DNA of 64,000 bases from Candidatus Spongiisociaceae bacterium. Its GTDB lineage: Bacteria > Actinomycetota > Acidimicrobiia > Spongiisociales > Spongiisociaceae. Both the position numbers and the translations under genes were made by a program. Under the pieces are notes generated by a model. That model worked only from the letters and a program-made list of their open reading frames with translations, did not search any database and was not told the origin of the DNA. How positions within the stretch are numbered: position 1 is the stretch's first letter; every line of letters begins with the position of its first letter. Location of the stretch: assembly GCA_965202665.1 (NCBI GenBank), contig OZ241841.1, positions 1,920,001 through 1,984,000 of the forward strand. The letters run 5' to 3'. Positions 1 to 8,682 of the stretch are shown in pieces.

Positions 1-2
1 CG

Positions 3-698
3 TTGGCGGACGGCTACTTTCAGGGCTACCGGGATGGGCTTTTCCGGCCGGATGTAGCGATAGCGGACGGGCATATAGCCACCGTGTTCCGCCGGGCGTT
101 CCCCTCGGGGGTTACGAGGGCGGAGATGGCGGCGGTGATGGTTGCCGGCCGTGCGGCGTTGGCCCCGACGGACCGGGCCGACCGTCCGCCGCCCAGTCGC
201 CAGCGTGAGGAAGGCCGCATATTTCCCTCCCCGGATTTGCCGATTATCCGGTTGAATAATCGGATGTCTTCCTGGTGGCAGGAGATTTGTCATATTACCC
301 ACGACTACGAGAGGGCCGGTGAGCGGAATATCGGCCACCTGCGGGACAAGTGCGAGGAGTTAGCGGCGACCTGGGAGGCGCAGGTGCGGTTCGACCCGCA
401 TGGATCGGACATCGAGTGGGACGGCGTGTTCGTGTGGTTGGACGACTCGGACGGCGGCCCCTCAAAGTTGTATTTCCGCCAGTCATGCCACTCCCGGGAC
501 ACGACCCGTTGCAGAGCGGAAGGGGTGGAAACGATCCGGTTGCGAACTCCGACGGTTCGGAATGTGCTGGGGGATGTGCGGTTGGATGTGATGTTGGAAT
601 GCGTCAAATACGAGGCCTGGTCTGACTCGCCGCCGCTGGCCCGGGTGGAGGACATCCCGGTGTCGGACTGCTATCCTACCCTCACCGACACCGAATAG
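3..698 (+). CDS. SLH-like domain protein with unknown Cys-containing C-terminal domain (probably 5'-truncated by the window edge)
   Basis: N-terminal GYFQGYRDGLFRPD...RAFPSGVTRAEMAA matches the SLH-like repeat of the proteins at 46755 and 48048 (GWFQGYPDGTFRPE...RAFPEGISRAELAA). Confidence 0.7.
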   Translation: MADGYFQGYRDGLFRPDVAIADGHIATVFRRAFPSGVTRAEMAAVMVAGRAALAPTDRADRPPPSRQREEGRIFPSPDLPIIRLNNRMSSWWQEICHITHDYERAGERNIGHLRDKCEELAATWEAQVRFDPHGSDIEWDGVFVWLDDSDGGPSKLYFRQSCHSRDTTRCRAEGVETIRLRTPTVRNVLGDVRLDVMLECVKYEAWSDSPPLARVEDIPVSDCYPTLTDTE

Positions 699-717
699 CC
701 GGGCGGGAGGTTGGGAA

Positions 718-1938
718 ATGGAGCAAAAAGCAACCCCCGCTATGGCAGAAACCCCGATGCTGGCAGCCGCGCAGGCGTTTCAAGCCGCCAACCCCGACCT
801 CCAACTGGTCGTCATTCCCCTGTTCGGCCCGGACGGGAAGTTGCCCTACCCGCACGGCGGAGCCCATCCCGAAATCGCCACCGGATGGCAGAAACGGGTC
901 CTCTCCGTTCCGGGCGATCATCCGGCCTGGAAGGAGGCTACCGGCTGGGGCATCGTCCTCACCAACAACCCCCATCTTCTTATCGTGGATGTGGACAAAC
1001 CGGAGGAACTCACAGCCGAGCAACGGGCCGCTCTTAACGAGTCCCCCGGCCTCACCTACCCCACCCGCCGAGGTCGCCACCATTGGTACCGGGTCCAACC
1101 TGGCGACCATCTTCCCATTACCGGCAAGCAAGGCGAATGGCCGGGAGGGGAAATTTGGTATCACACGGCCCGCCTAGTCGCTGGTCCCGGAAGCCAAGAC
1201 AAGCCCGCCCCCACCGGCCTCACCGTCCCCGACTACGCACCCCCTTTGAAAGTCCTACTACCCCCCACTGACAGCAACGGAAGCGGGAACGCTCGGCGGG
1301 AGCGAGACCCTAACTGGAACCCCACCGACTGGATAGGCAAATGGAAAATCGGAACCACCATCGAACACCCCGGACAATACGCCGTCATCTCTTCCGTAGC
1401 CGCCGTCCTCCTTCGCCGAATGACACCCACCGAAGTCACCAACTGGATAGTCGACAACATCTGGCAGGCCGGACTGTTGCCAGACGACAATCCCGAACGC
1501 CCCTGGACGCGTCGCGACATCGCCGACCGGGTCCGCCGCGCCTACCGTTACCTCCAACAGCAACACCAGAAACAGGGGTCCCCGATCCAGGTCCCTCGGG
1601 AGCGGGATATTATGCTCAGCGTGTTGCAAGCGTTGGGAGCCATCGGCGGTTCGGGTAAGCCCAAAGAAATCATTGCAGGAGTTGGCGGGTTGCTTGGCGT
1701 AACAGGGGAGCAGTGGTCGTCGAAGGTGAAAAGCGGAATGCCTAGAATTGAAGATCGGACGAGATGGGCTTCTCATAAACTCAGAAACATCGGCTGTTTG
1801 GATAAAGACCAAGGTATGTTGTCATTGACAGATAAGGGGAAGGAGTTCCTGTATCGCTCGCAACAGGAGTCACCGCGAGCCCTTAACGATGAACTCTGGG
1901 ACAAGGCTATGGAGTATCGCCAAAACTCACCTTCCTAA
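718..1938 (+). CDS. Bifunctional primase/polymerase (AEP prim-pol) with PriCT-like helical domain fused to an Mrr N-terminal winged-helix domain
   Basis: GWGIV...LLIVDVD (DxD) and TRRGRHHWY motifs; C-terminal PRERDIMLSVLQAL...KSGMPRIEDRTRWA...L...G.L...LTDKG resembles Mrr_N; GGGAGG RBS. Confidence 0.65.
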   Translation: MEQKATPAMAETPMLAAAQAFQAANPDLQLVVIPLFGPDGKLPYPHGGAHPEIATGWQKRVLSVPGDHPAWKEATGWGIVLTNNPHLLIVDVDKPEELTAEQRAALNESPGLTYPTRRGRHHWYRVQPGDHLPITGKQGEWPGGEIWYHTARLVAGPGSQDKPAPTGLTVPDYAPPLKVLLPPTDSNGSGNARRERDPNWNPTDWIGKWKIGTTIEHPGQYAVISSVAAVLLRRMTPTEVTNWIVDNIWQAGLLPDDNPERPWTRRDIADRVRRAYRYLQQQHQKQGSPIQVPRERDIMLSVLQALGAIGGSGKPKEIIAGVGGLLGVTGEQWSSKVKSGMPRIEDRTRWASHKLRNIGCLDKDQGMLSLTDKGKEFLYRSQQESPRALNDELWDKAMEYRQNSPS

Positions 1939-1948
1939 GATATCCAGT

Positions 1949-4375
1949 TTATTGGTTAAATCGGTGTTTGATGTAATCTTGGATTTCGCTGGTACGTAGT
2001 TTGTCAGTGGAAGGTCCCATGCGGACATAAAAGTGTTCCTCGTTTCCGTCTTTGACATAGATGGGGGAGGGAGAGGGGTCGCAAACCACTCTCATTATAC
2101 GGTGATCCTTATAAGTTCCGTAGTCTATGTGTATCATGGTCACGGCTGTGTGTCCCATACGGGACTTGACAAGTTCAACCAGATGAAGGGTCATCTTGTC
2201 TTCTGACTTAAATTTATCGGTCTTAACGCCGAGTGGTGTCCCATCATCTGCCACGCCTATGAGCAACGTACCTCCTTCGTGATTTAAGAAACCGGCCAGG
2301 GTTTTGATTACAGAATGCTCCAGACGAGGATCATTCTTATTTATGTGTAGGTTCATTCTTAGGGAGGATTTGAATTCAACGGTTTCGCTTTCCCCTTTTT
2401 GAATGATTTCTTGTAGCCCATTTTCATTAAAGGACATCAGTATTTCTTCGTTTATGTATTGCTTGAACCCGTTGGGGCTAGTGAAAAAACGGTATCCATA
2501 TTTTCCGGCGGCGGCTAACACCTCCACATCCTCGTCAATAAGAACAGCTACCCGATCGCTAAGCTCGGATTGCACGCCTTCCGGCCAGGCCAAATCAAAC
2601 ATGGCGACTTCCTCGCCCGTGTCGGGATCAGCGATCTCATACCCTAAAATACCAGTGGGAAGGTTTTGGTTTTTCATCCACTGGTTGATTTCGAGGAGAA
2701 TAGCCTCTTCTTCATCGTCGGCGATGCTGGCAGGTCGCGATGGAGCAGAAGTAATCGGTCGATCCCAACCTTTCTCTTTTTGTACCTTGGTGTGGTCGGT
2801 AAGCAAGTTATTCAAAATTTGGTTGGCGCCTTCTGCGAGTAGGCGCTTACGAGCGTTGAGAAAGTTTTCGTATTTATGGATTTCCCAAAGATTGCGTTTC
2901 ATTGGTATCCATTGGGATTCAAGTACGCCTGGGTATTTTTCGGCGATTTCTTCCAAATATTCGATAGGAGGCCGACGACGGATTTTTTGAGTACTGTCTT
3001 TGGTAAGAAAGCAGAAGTTTGCCAATGCATTTCTTGATTTGGTATCGTAATCTGCTCTATGCAGTAGGAACTTGGGGAAAAGGTGGTGTAACTCCAATTG
3101 CGGTTTTTCCCCAGACTGATTATTGAGCGGTTGACCATCGTATAGGTCGCGCGCTTCTCCCATACGAGTCATCATATACAGCACTGGGTAAAACCTATTT
3201 CCTCGGGTGGCACCATGAAAATTTCTGGCTTCTATCTTAAGTCCACCGCGCCAGCGACGCAGATTCTCCAATAGTCCGTCGATGGTATCATCTGCAGAGG
3301 TGTTTTGTAATACCATTAGGTCAGTTTCCATTGTAGACACCGATGCTCCGGAATACCTTCCCCACATACCAGCATGGGCATACCAGTGCAATAGTTTATC
3401 TCTTTGCTCAGGAGATATATTACCATCTTCTTTATCTAAGAAGGCGATAATGATAGGGAACGCCTGTTTAGCAAACAAAACCTGGTTATGATCCAGTCCA
3501 AGCCTATTGCTTATCATAGTCAGGGCTTGGTCTATATATTTTTCGGCTCGTTGTAGACCATCCTGCACTTGTGATGTAGTGGCCTTGTGCATATGTGTGA
3601 ACAGCCCTCGTCCGGAGATTATTACATTGGTAATTCGGAGAAGCCAATCCAAACTAAAATCATACCCAATTTTTCTCCATTTGAGTAATTGTGCCTGCAT
3701 AGTTTCACGGGCTTCTGCCCACTCCGAACATATTTTGGCCAGAGCTAAATCACCTTGAGTGAGCTTAGTTCCGCCACTGTTGACTCGATCAAATATATTT
3801 ACAACTTCTTCTATGGTTTTGTCTTCACTGGTGACAGAATCAATATGCATGTCGCGTTCAGTTATATTCAAAAGTTTCATTAGTCGTCCTAAATAATTGC
3901 TAGTATCTATGCCGTTGGCTTGCAGTTTTTCTATAATAGGTTCTACTCCCAGAGTTCCTTTACTGTATAGTTCGGTTACATCAATCCATAGAGGATTATT
4001 TTGCATTTTGACAGGTTGAAAGAATTCGAACACCTCATCCTCTAGATTAAATCGTAAGTTTTGGAAGGCGTGGGCATTGCCGTTGAAGAAGGCTGGTTCC
4101 CGACCCCTAATCACGCCGTAGAGGGAGGTAATTCGTTGCTGGCCGTCCAACAGGATTTGGCGGTGGGTGGCGGGAGCGGAGGTTTCTCCGCGGGTTCGAA
4201 CATCAGGCGATGATGTTTCCCAGATCAGGAGCGACCCAACCGGATAATCTCTATAGAGCGAGTTGAAAAACTCGCTGACCTGCTTGCGGGCCCACACATA
4301 GCCGCGTTGGAAAACGGGAAGGGTTATGGACCCGTTGTCGATTCTGTCTAGGATGGTGGAGATTTTGGTGGCCAT
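1949..4375 (-). CDS. GmrSD-family (DUF262 + DUF1524-like) protein with C-terminal AlbA_2/Schlafen domain
   Basis: PVFQRGYVW, LLDGQQR and FDRVNSGG (DUF262); LELHHLFPK...LANF (HNH-like); ESETVEFKSS...AGFLNHEGGTLLIGVADDG (AlbA_2). Confidence 0.85.
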   Translation of the reverse strand: MATKISTILDRIDNGSITLPVFQRGYVWARKQVSEFFNSLYRDYPVGSLLIWETSSPDVRTRGETSAPATHRQILLDGQQRITSLYGVIRGREPAFFNGNAHAFQNLRFNLEDEVFEFFQPVKMQNNPLWIDVTELYSKGTLGVEPIIEKLQANGIDTSNYLGRLMKLLNITERDMHIDSVTSEDKTIEEVVNIFDRVNSGGTKLTQGDLALAKICSEWAEARETMQAQLLKWRKIGYDFSLDWLLRITNVIISGRGLFTHMHKATTSQVQDGLQRAEKYIDQALTMISNRLGLDHNQVLFAKQAFPIIIAFLDKEDGNISPEQRDKLLHWYAHAGMWGRYSGASVSTMETDLMVLQNTSADDTIDGLLENLRRWRGGLKIEARNFHGATRGNRFYPVLYMMTRMGEARDLYDGQPLNNQSGEKPQLELHHLFPKFLLHRADYDTKSRNALANFCFLTKDSTQKIRRRPPIEYLEEIAEKYPGVLESQWIPMKRNLWEIHKYENFLNARKRLLAEGANQILNNLLTDHTKVQKEKGWDRPITSAPSRPASIADDEEEAILLEINQWMKNQNLPTGILGYEIADPDTGEEVAMFDLAWPEGVQSELSDRVAVLIDEDVEVLAAAGKYGYRFFTSPNGFKQYINEEILMSFNENGLQEIIQKGESETVEFKSSLRMNLHINKNDPRLEHSVIKTLAGFLNHEGGTLLIGVADDGTPLGVKTDKFKSEDKMTLHLVELVKSRMGHTAVTMIHIDYGTYKDHRIMRVVCDPSPSPIYVKDGNEEHFYVRMGPSTDKLRTSEIQDYIKHRFNQ

Positions 4376-4382
4376 GATTTCC

Positions 4383-5390
4383 TTACCTGTTGATTGTTGG
4401 GATTATTTGGTTTCCGTAGGCGGCTAGGGTGGCTTCTTGGTCATCGTGCATCAGGTAGACGCCGAAGTGGTCCGCGCCCAGGTCGCGTAGTTGTTCCAGT
4501 TTAGCGATGTGGTCGGCGGGGGAGCCTAAGAGGCAGAAACGGTCCACGATTTCGTCGGGGACGAAATCGGTGGAAGGGTTGCCCGCTTTGCCGTGGTGGG
4601 AATAGTCGTAGCCTTCCCGGGCGGCTATGTAGTCTGCCAATGCGGTCGGCACCATATCGGGGTTGTCCGACCCGTACCTTTTCACCAGGTCGTGTACGTG
4701 GTTGCCGACCATTCCTCCGAACCACCGGAGTTGTTCCCGCTGGTGGGCTAGGTCGTCGCCCACGTAGGCGGGGGCCGCCACGCAGACGGCCACCTGATCC
4801 GGGTCCCGCCCGGCCGCCTCCGCCGCCGTGCGCACCGCTCCGGCCGTCCATTCCAGGATTTGCGGGTCGGCCAACTGCAGGATGAAACCGTCGGCGTGCC
4901 GCCCGATGGTGTCCAAGGCGCGGGGGCCGTAACCGGCGGCCCACATCGGCAGATCCCATCCTTCCCCCGCCCAGGGGATGCGCACCGTCCCCTCCCCGTA
5001 ACGCACCTCCCGGCCCGCCACCAAGCCTTTCACCACCGCCATGCATTCCGCCATCTCCGCCAAGGTGCGGGGCTTTTTGCCGATGACGCGCAGGGCCGAA
5101 TCTCCCCGGCCCATCCCGCAGATGGTGCGCTCCCCGAACATTTCATTCAGGGTGGCAAAGAGGGAAGCCAGCACCGTCCAGTCCCGGGTGCCCGGATTGG
5201 TGACCATCGGCCCCACCGTCATCCGCTCGGTGGCGGCCAGCATCAGGGAGTAGATGACGAACGGCTCCTGCCACAACACATGCGAGTCAAAAGTCCAGCC
5301 GTGGGAGAACCCGTTGTCCTCCGCCAGCTTGGTTAATTCCAGCAGACGCGAGGCGGGCGGGTCGGTCTGCAAAACCACCCCGAAGTCCAT
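4383..5390 (-). CDS. LLM-class, probably F420-dependent oxidoreductase (TIGR03842-like), pyrimidine-utilisation associated
   Basis: MDFGVVLQTDPP...FDSHVLWQEPFVIYS...VTNPGTRDWTV signature; AGGAGG RBS; pyrimidine catabolism context. Confidence 0.85.
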   Translation of the reverse strand: MDFGVVLQTDPPASRLLELTKLAEDNGFSHGWTFDSHVLWQEPFVIYSLMLAATERMTVGPMVTNPGTRDWTVLASLFATLNEMFGERTICGMGRGDSALRVIGKKPRTLAEMAECMAVVKGLVAGREVRYGEGTVRIPWAGEGWDLPMWAAGYGPRALDTIGRHADGFILQLADPQILEWTAGAVRTAAEAAGRDPDQVAVCVAAPAYVGDDLAHQREQLRWFGGMVGNHVHDLVKRYGSDNPDMVPTALADYIAAREGYDYSHHGKAGNPSTDFVPDEIVDRFCLLGSPADHIAKLEQLRDLGADHFGVYLMHDDQEATLAAYGNQIIPTINR

Positions 5391-5485
5391 GGACCCTCCT
5401 GCTTGGTTGTGTTCTGCCGCCCTTTCGTTTTGGCGACGTTAGGCCTCATTACTATGCTAGCGACAGCGACTAGGAGACGGCAAAC

Positions 5486-7429
5486 CTGAAACTGGCTGAA
5501 GGGCAATACATCCGCCTGCCTGACGCAGATGAGTTCGTGGTTATCGAAGACGTGATCTCTAAAGACGGTGGTTATAAAATATATGTTAACGATAGTTATG
5601 GCGTGCGTCCGGTTTATATTTCCGCGGAGGATTTAGCGCGGGTGGAAGTGTTGGAAGAGGACGGCGGAGCCGACTCCCGAAAGGTGCTGGCCGCGTTGTG
5701 GTGCGAGTGGATGCGGCAGGTGATGTCGAGGTCCAAGGCGACAGCGCGGGACGTCAGCCCGTTGCGGCCCTATCCCCATCAGAGCCAAGCCGTGTACGGG
5801 TCCATGTTGCCTCAGCCCCTGTTGCGGTTTTTGCTGGCCGACGAGCCGGGCACGGGGAAGACGGTCATGGGCGGCCTTTGGTTGCGCGAGTCGCAACGGC
5901 GCGGCTTCGTCAAACGGGCGCTGGTGGTCGCCCCGGCGCATTTGGTTTCCAAATGGCAGGCGGACATCGCTCGGTTCCTCAACGGCGACCTGCGGCGGAT
6001 CACTATGAGCACGATACGCGAAGGGGGTTTGGCCGGTCCGCACGACTGGTGGATAGTGTCCCTGGATCTGGCGTCCGTCAACCCGGCGGTGTACGAGGCG
6101 ATACATCCGGAGCGGGCGGGATGGGATGCGGTGGTGTTCGACGAAGCCCACCGCCTCACGCCCAACGCGGAACAGTACTACCGGGTGGGTAGCATGCTTT
6201 CCAAAAGCACCTCCCGGACCCTGTTGATGACCGCCACCCCGCACCGGGGGAACGAAGTGCTGTTCCGGTCATTGATGCATTTGGTGGATCCGCAGGTGTT
6301 TCCGGAACCGATGAATCTCAACGCCAAGCATTCCGGGCATCTGAAGCCGGGCCCGCTCCATTTTTTGCGCCGTATGAAAGAAGAACTGTATGACTATGAC
6401 GGTGAAACTCGCCTGTTCAAAGCCCGCGAGGCCCGCAACGTCAATGTGCCGCTCAATGTGAACGAGCGCGCTTTCTACAACGAGGCGTTGGATTTGGTTG
6501 ATGAATACTTTCCGCCCGACGCGGTGGTTTTGGCGAAAATGGTGTACGGCAAACGAGCCGCCTCATCCCTCTTTGCGTTGCGGCGGACGCTGGAAAGGCG
6601 TCGCGACGGCATGGGTCGGGAAAACCCGACGGATGCCGCCATATCCGCTGATCCCTACGATCAAGATAAAACGGAACAGGACGAAGCCAGGGTGGTGACC
6701 GAAGTTTCGAAGGCGAGTCGGGAAGAGAAGCAAGCGATTGATGATATTTTGGAAAGGCTGGCCGGGGTTGTAGAAGACGCCGACTTGCAAGTTTCGAAAT
6801 GGCCGCAAATGGTTGAAAAATGTTTGGCCCCTCACCATATTAGCCCCGGTTCGGACAAGCAAGCCGTCGTTTTTACCGAGTTTGCCGACACGGCCAACTG
6901 GCTGGTAGACCGGTTTGAGAGCAACGGCTACACCGCCCGTCGCTACTCAGGCGCAGACACCTATCGCGAGCGGGACGAGATACGGGCCAGGTTTGCCGCT
7001 GGGGAATTCCAGGTGATTGTTTCCACCGATGCCGGAAACGAAGGCATCGACTTGCAGACGGCGCAGGTGCTGGTGAACTGGGATATGCCCTGGTCACTAG
7101 TGCGGCTGGAGCAACGGATGGGACGCATTCACCGTATAGGCCAAAAGGACAAAGTGTGGCTTTACAACCTGGTAGCCACCGACACCCGTGAAGGAGATGC
7201 TTATTTCAAACTGCTGGAAAATCTTGTAGCGGCCGCCAACGAGTTGGACGGCAAAATGTTCGACAGCCTGAGTATGGTATGCGAGGCGGCTTTGGAAAAA
7301 GCGACGGGTGTTAAGAGCTTGGAGAAATATTTGAGAAAAATGTACAAGGAAAATCGCTACCCCCCCCCCCATCTACAGAACAGTTGCAACAAATACACAA
7401 AGAACAATGGGAAGGTGACAGTTATTTAG
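5486..7429 (+). CDS. SNF2-family helicase, N-terminal part (frameshifted at C11 tract); probable CTG start at 5486, ORF caller uses 5537
   Basis: LLADEPGTGKT, FDEAH, TATPH, STDAGNEGIDLQ and EQRMGRIHRIGQ motifs; AGGAG at 5472-5476. Confidence 0.85.
   Translation: MKLAEGQYIRLPDADEFVVIEDVISKDGGYKIYVNDSYGVRPVYISAEDLARVEVLEEDGGADSRKVLAALWCEWMRQVMSRSKATARDVSPLRPYPHQSQAVYGSMLPQPLLRFLLADEPGTGKTVMGGLWLRESQRRGFVKRALVVAPAHLVSKWQADIARFLNGDLRRITMSTIREGGLAGPHDWWIVSLDLASVNPAVYEAIHPERAGWDAVVFDEAHRLTPNAEQYYRVGSMLSKSTSRTLLMTATPHRGNEVLFRSLMHLVDPQVFPEPMNLNAKHSGHLKPGPLHFLRRMKEELYDYDGETRLFKAREARNVNVPLNVNERAFYNEALDLVDEYFPPDAVVLAKMVYGKRAASSLFALRRTLERRRDGMGRENPTDAAISADPYDQDKTEQDEARVVTEVSKASREEKQAIDDILERLAGVVEDADLQVSKWPQMVEKCLAPHHISPGSDKQAVVFTEFADTANWLVDRFESNGYTARRYSGADTYRERDEIRARFAAGEFQVIVSTDAGNEGIDLQTAQVLVNWDMPWSLVRLEQRMGRIHRIGQKDKVWLYNLVATDTREGDAYFKLLENLVAAANELDGKMFDSLSMVCEAALEKATGVKSLEKYLRKMYKENRYPPPHLQNSCNKYTKNNGKVTVI
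7360..7370 (+). repeat. C11 homopolymer at the helicase frameshift
   Basis: TAC CCCCCCCCCC ATC; C12 or C9 would join 5486..8682 into one ORF. Confidence 0.9.
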
Positions 7430-8682
7430 CATCGCAGCTTGATATAGACGAGTCGGTAAGGCAACTATATGCGGAACAGTTAGCGAGAATTAATCCTCAT
7501 ATTGTTGAACGTTTTTTGCACAGGGCGTCGGGTGCCGGTTTATTCGCTATCAATAAAGCGGCTCTAGCAGACAGAGGTTTTTGGTATCTCGCTCCTGGTG
7601 AGCTCAACTTCCCCAAGGGGTTGTCTGTTGAGGCGGAAACGGGTAAGGCGTTAGTTTCGACCAGCGGTCAAGTAAAACAGGAGGCTGTCGATTCGGGCGT
7701 AAGCAGAGCCGCGGATGCGGTGACGCTAGGTCCCGGGGAACCTGTTTTCCAGGATTTGGTTTCTACGGCGGGCGATCATCTCCGTCCGTACCTTTACCAG
7801 GGTGCGCTCCTAACGGATCCGACCACGGTCACCGACTATGAAATACACCTTTTTGAGGCTGAGGTTTCAGAAGGTGGAGGCAGACGGAAAGAAATCTGGT
7901 CTTATCTGGTTCGGGTTGACGAGACGGGTGCCCGTTTTTCTGCTTGGGAGACGCTTTCCAACCTTGAGCCGGGAGATTCGGCGGCGGACAGACCCCATCC
8001 GGCGTTAATAACCGAAGCGGAGCAGGTAGCCCAGGGTGTTCTTTGGGATCAACGGGACAATCACAGGATCGCAATGGAGAAATGGGTAGCCGACGCCCGC
8101 AACAATCTCCGCCGGTTGCCAAATCAACTAACCGACGACATCACCGACCGCGAGCGACGCCTTTCTGAGCGGTCGCGCATCGAACAGGCCATTGAAAACC
8201 GCATTGAGGAACTAGATAAAGCGGTGCAGATAGAGGTAGGGGGACTTTCCCGCATCGGTTGGGCGCGGGTAAAAGGTGCGGGGTCGGTGGATATAGATGA
8301 AAAAAACAGCGAGCAGATCGCGATGCGCCTCGTGGCCGATTCGTTGGAGGCAGAAGGATGGAAGGTAGCGGATGTCCACACCGAGGGGCTCGGCTATGAC
8401 CTACATGCCCGTCAAGGCCACCGCCAACGATGCGTAGAAGTAAAAGGTATTTGGGACAAGGCATCCAGCCGAGGAGTAACCCTAACCGGAAATGAGATGG
8501 TCCATGCTGGCCTGTTGGGCGAGGATTACTGGCTCTACATAGTAGATAGATGCTCAGAGGGCGGAACTCTCTACTTCGCCTTCCCAAACCCGTCGGCGTT
8601 GTTCGCAGACGTTACCCGTGACATCACCTCGCTCCACATAAAAGGTTCCGACCTTGAAACAGCAAGGGGCCAGGCACAATGA
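7384..8682 (+). CDS. C-terminal part of the SNF2 helicase with DUF3883 (PD-(D/E)xK-like) nuclease domain
   Basis: EQIAM...GWKVADV...GYDL...VEVKG...LTGNE...YWLYIV; frame is open back to the poly-C tract. Confidence 0.8.
   Translation: MQQIHKEQWEGDSYLASQLDIDESVRQLYAEQLARINPHIVERFLHRASGAGLFAINKAALADRGFWYLAPGELNFPKGLSVEAETGKALVSTSGQVKQEAVDSGVSRAADAVTLGPGEPVFQDLVSTAGDHLRPYLYQGALLTDPTTVTDYEIHLFEAEVSEGGGRRKEIWSYLVRVDETGARFSAWETLSNLEPGDSAADRPHPALITEAEQVAQGVLWDQRDNHRIAMEKWVADARNNLRRLPNQLTDDITDRERRLSERSRIEQAIENRIEELDKAVQIEVGGLSRIGWARVKGAGSVDIDEKNSEQIAMRLVADSLEAEGWKVADVHTEGLGYDLHARQGHRQRCVEVKGIWDKASSRGVTLTGNEMVHAGLLGEDYWLYIVDRCSEGGTLYFAFPNPSALFADVTRDITSLHIKGSDLETARGQAQ

Noticed and set aside
1-1938. 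Prophage or plasmid at the left edge
   Set aside because: Only a prim-pol-like gene; no structural, integrase or partition genes visible, though upstream sequence is outside the window
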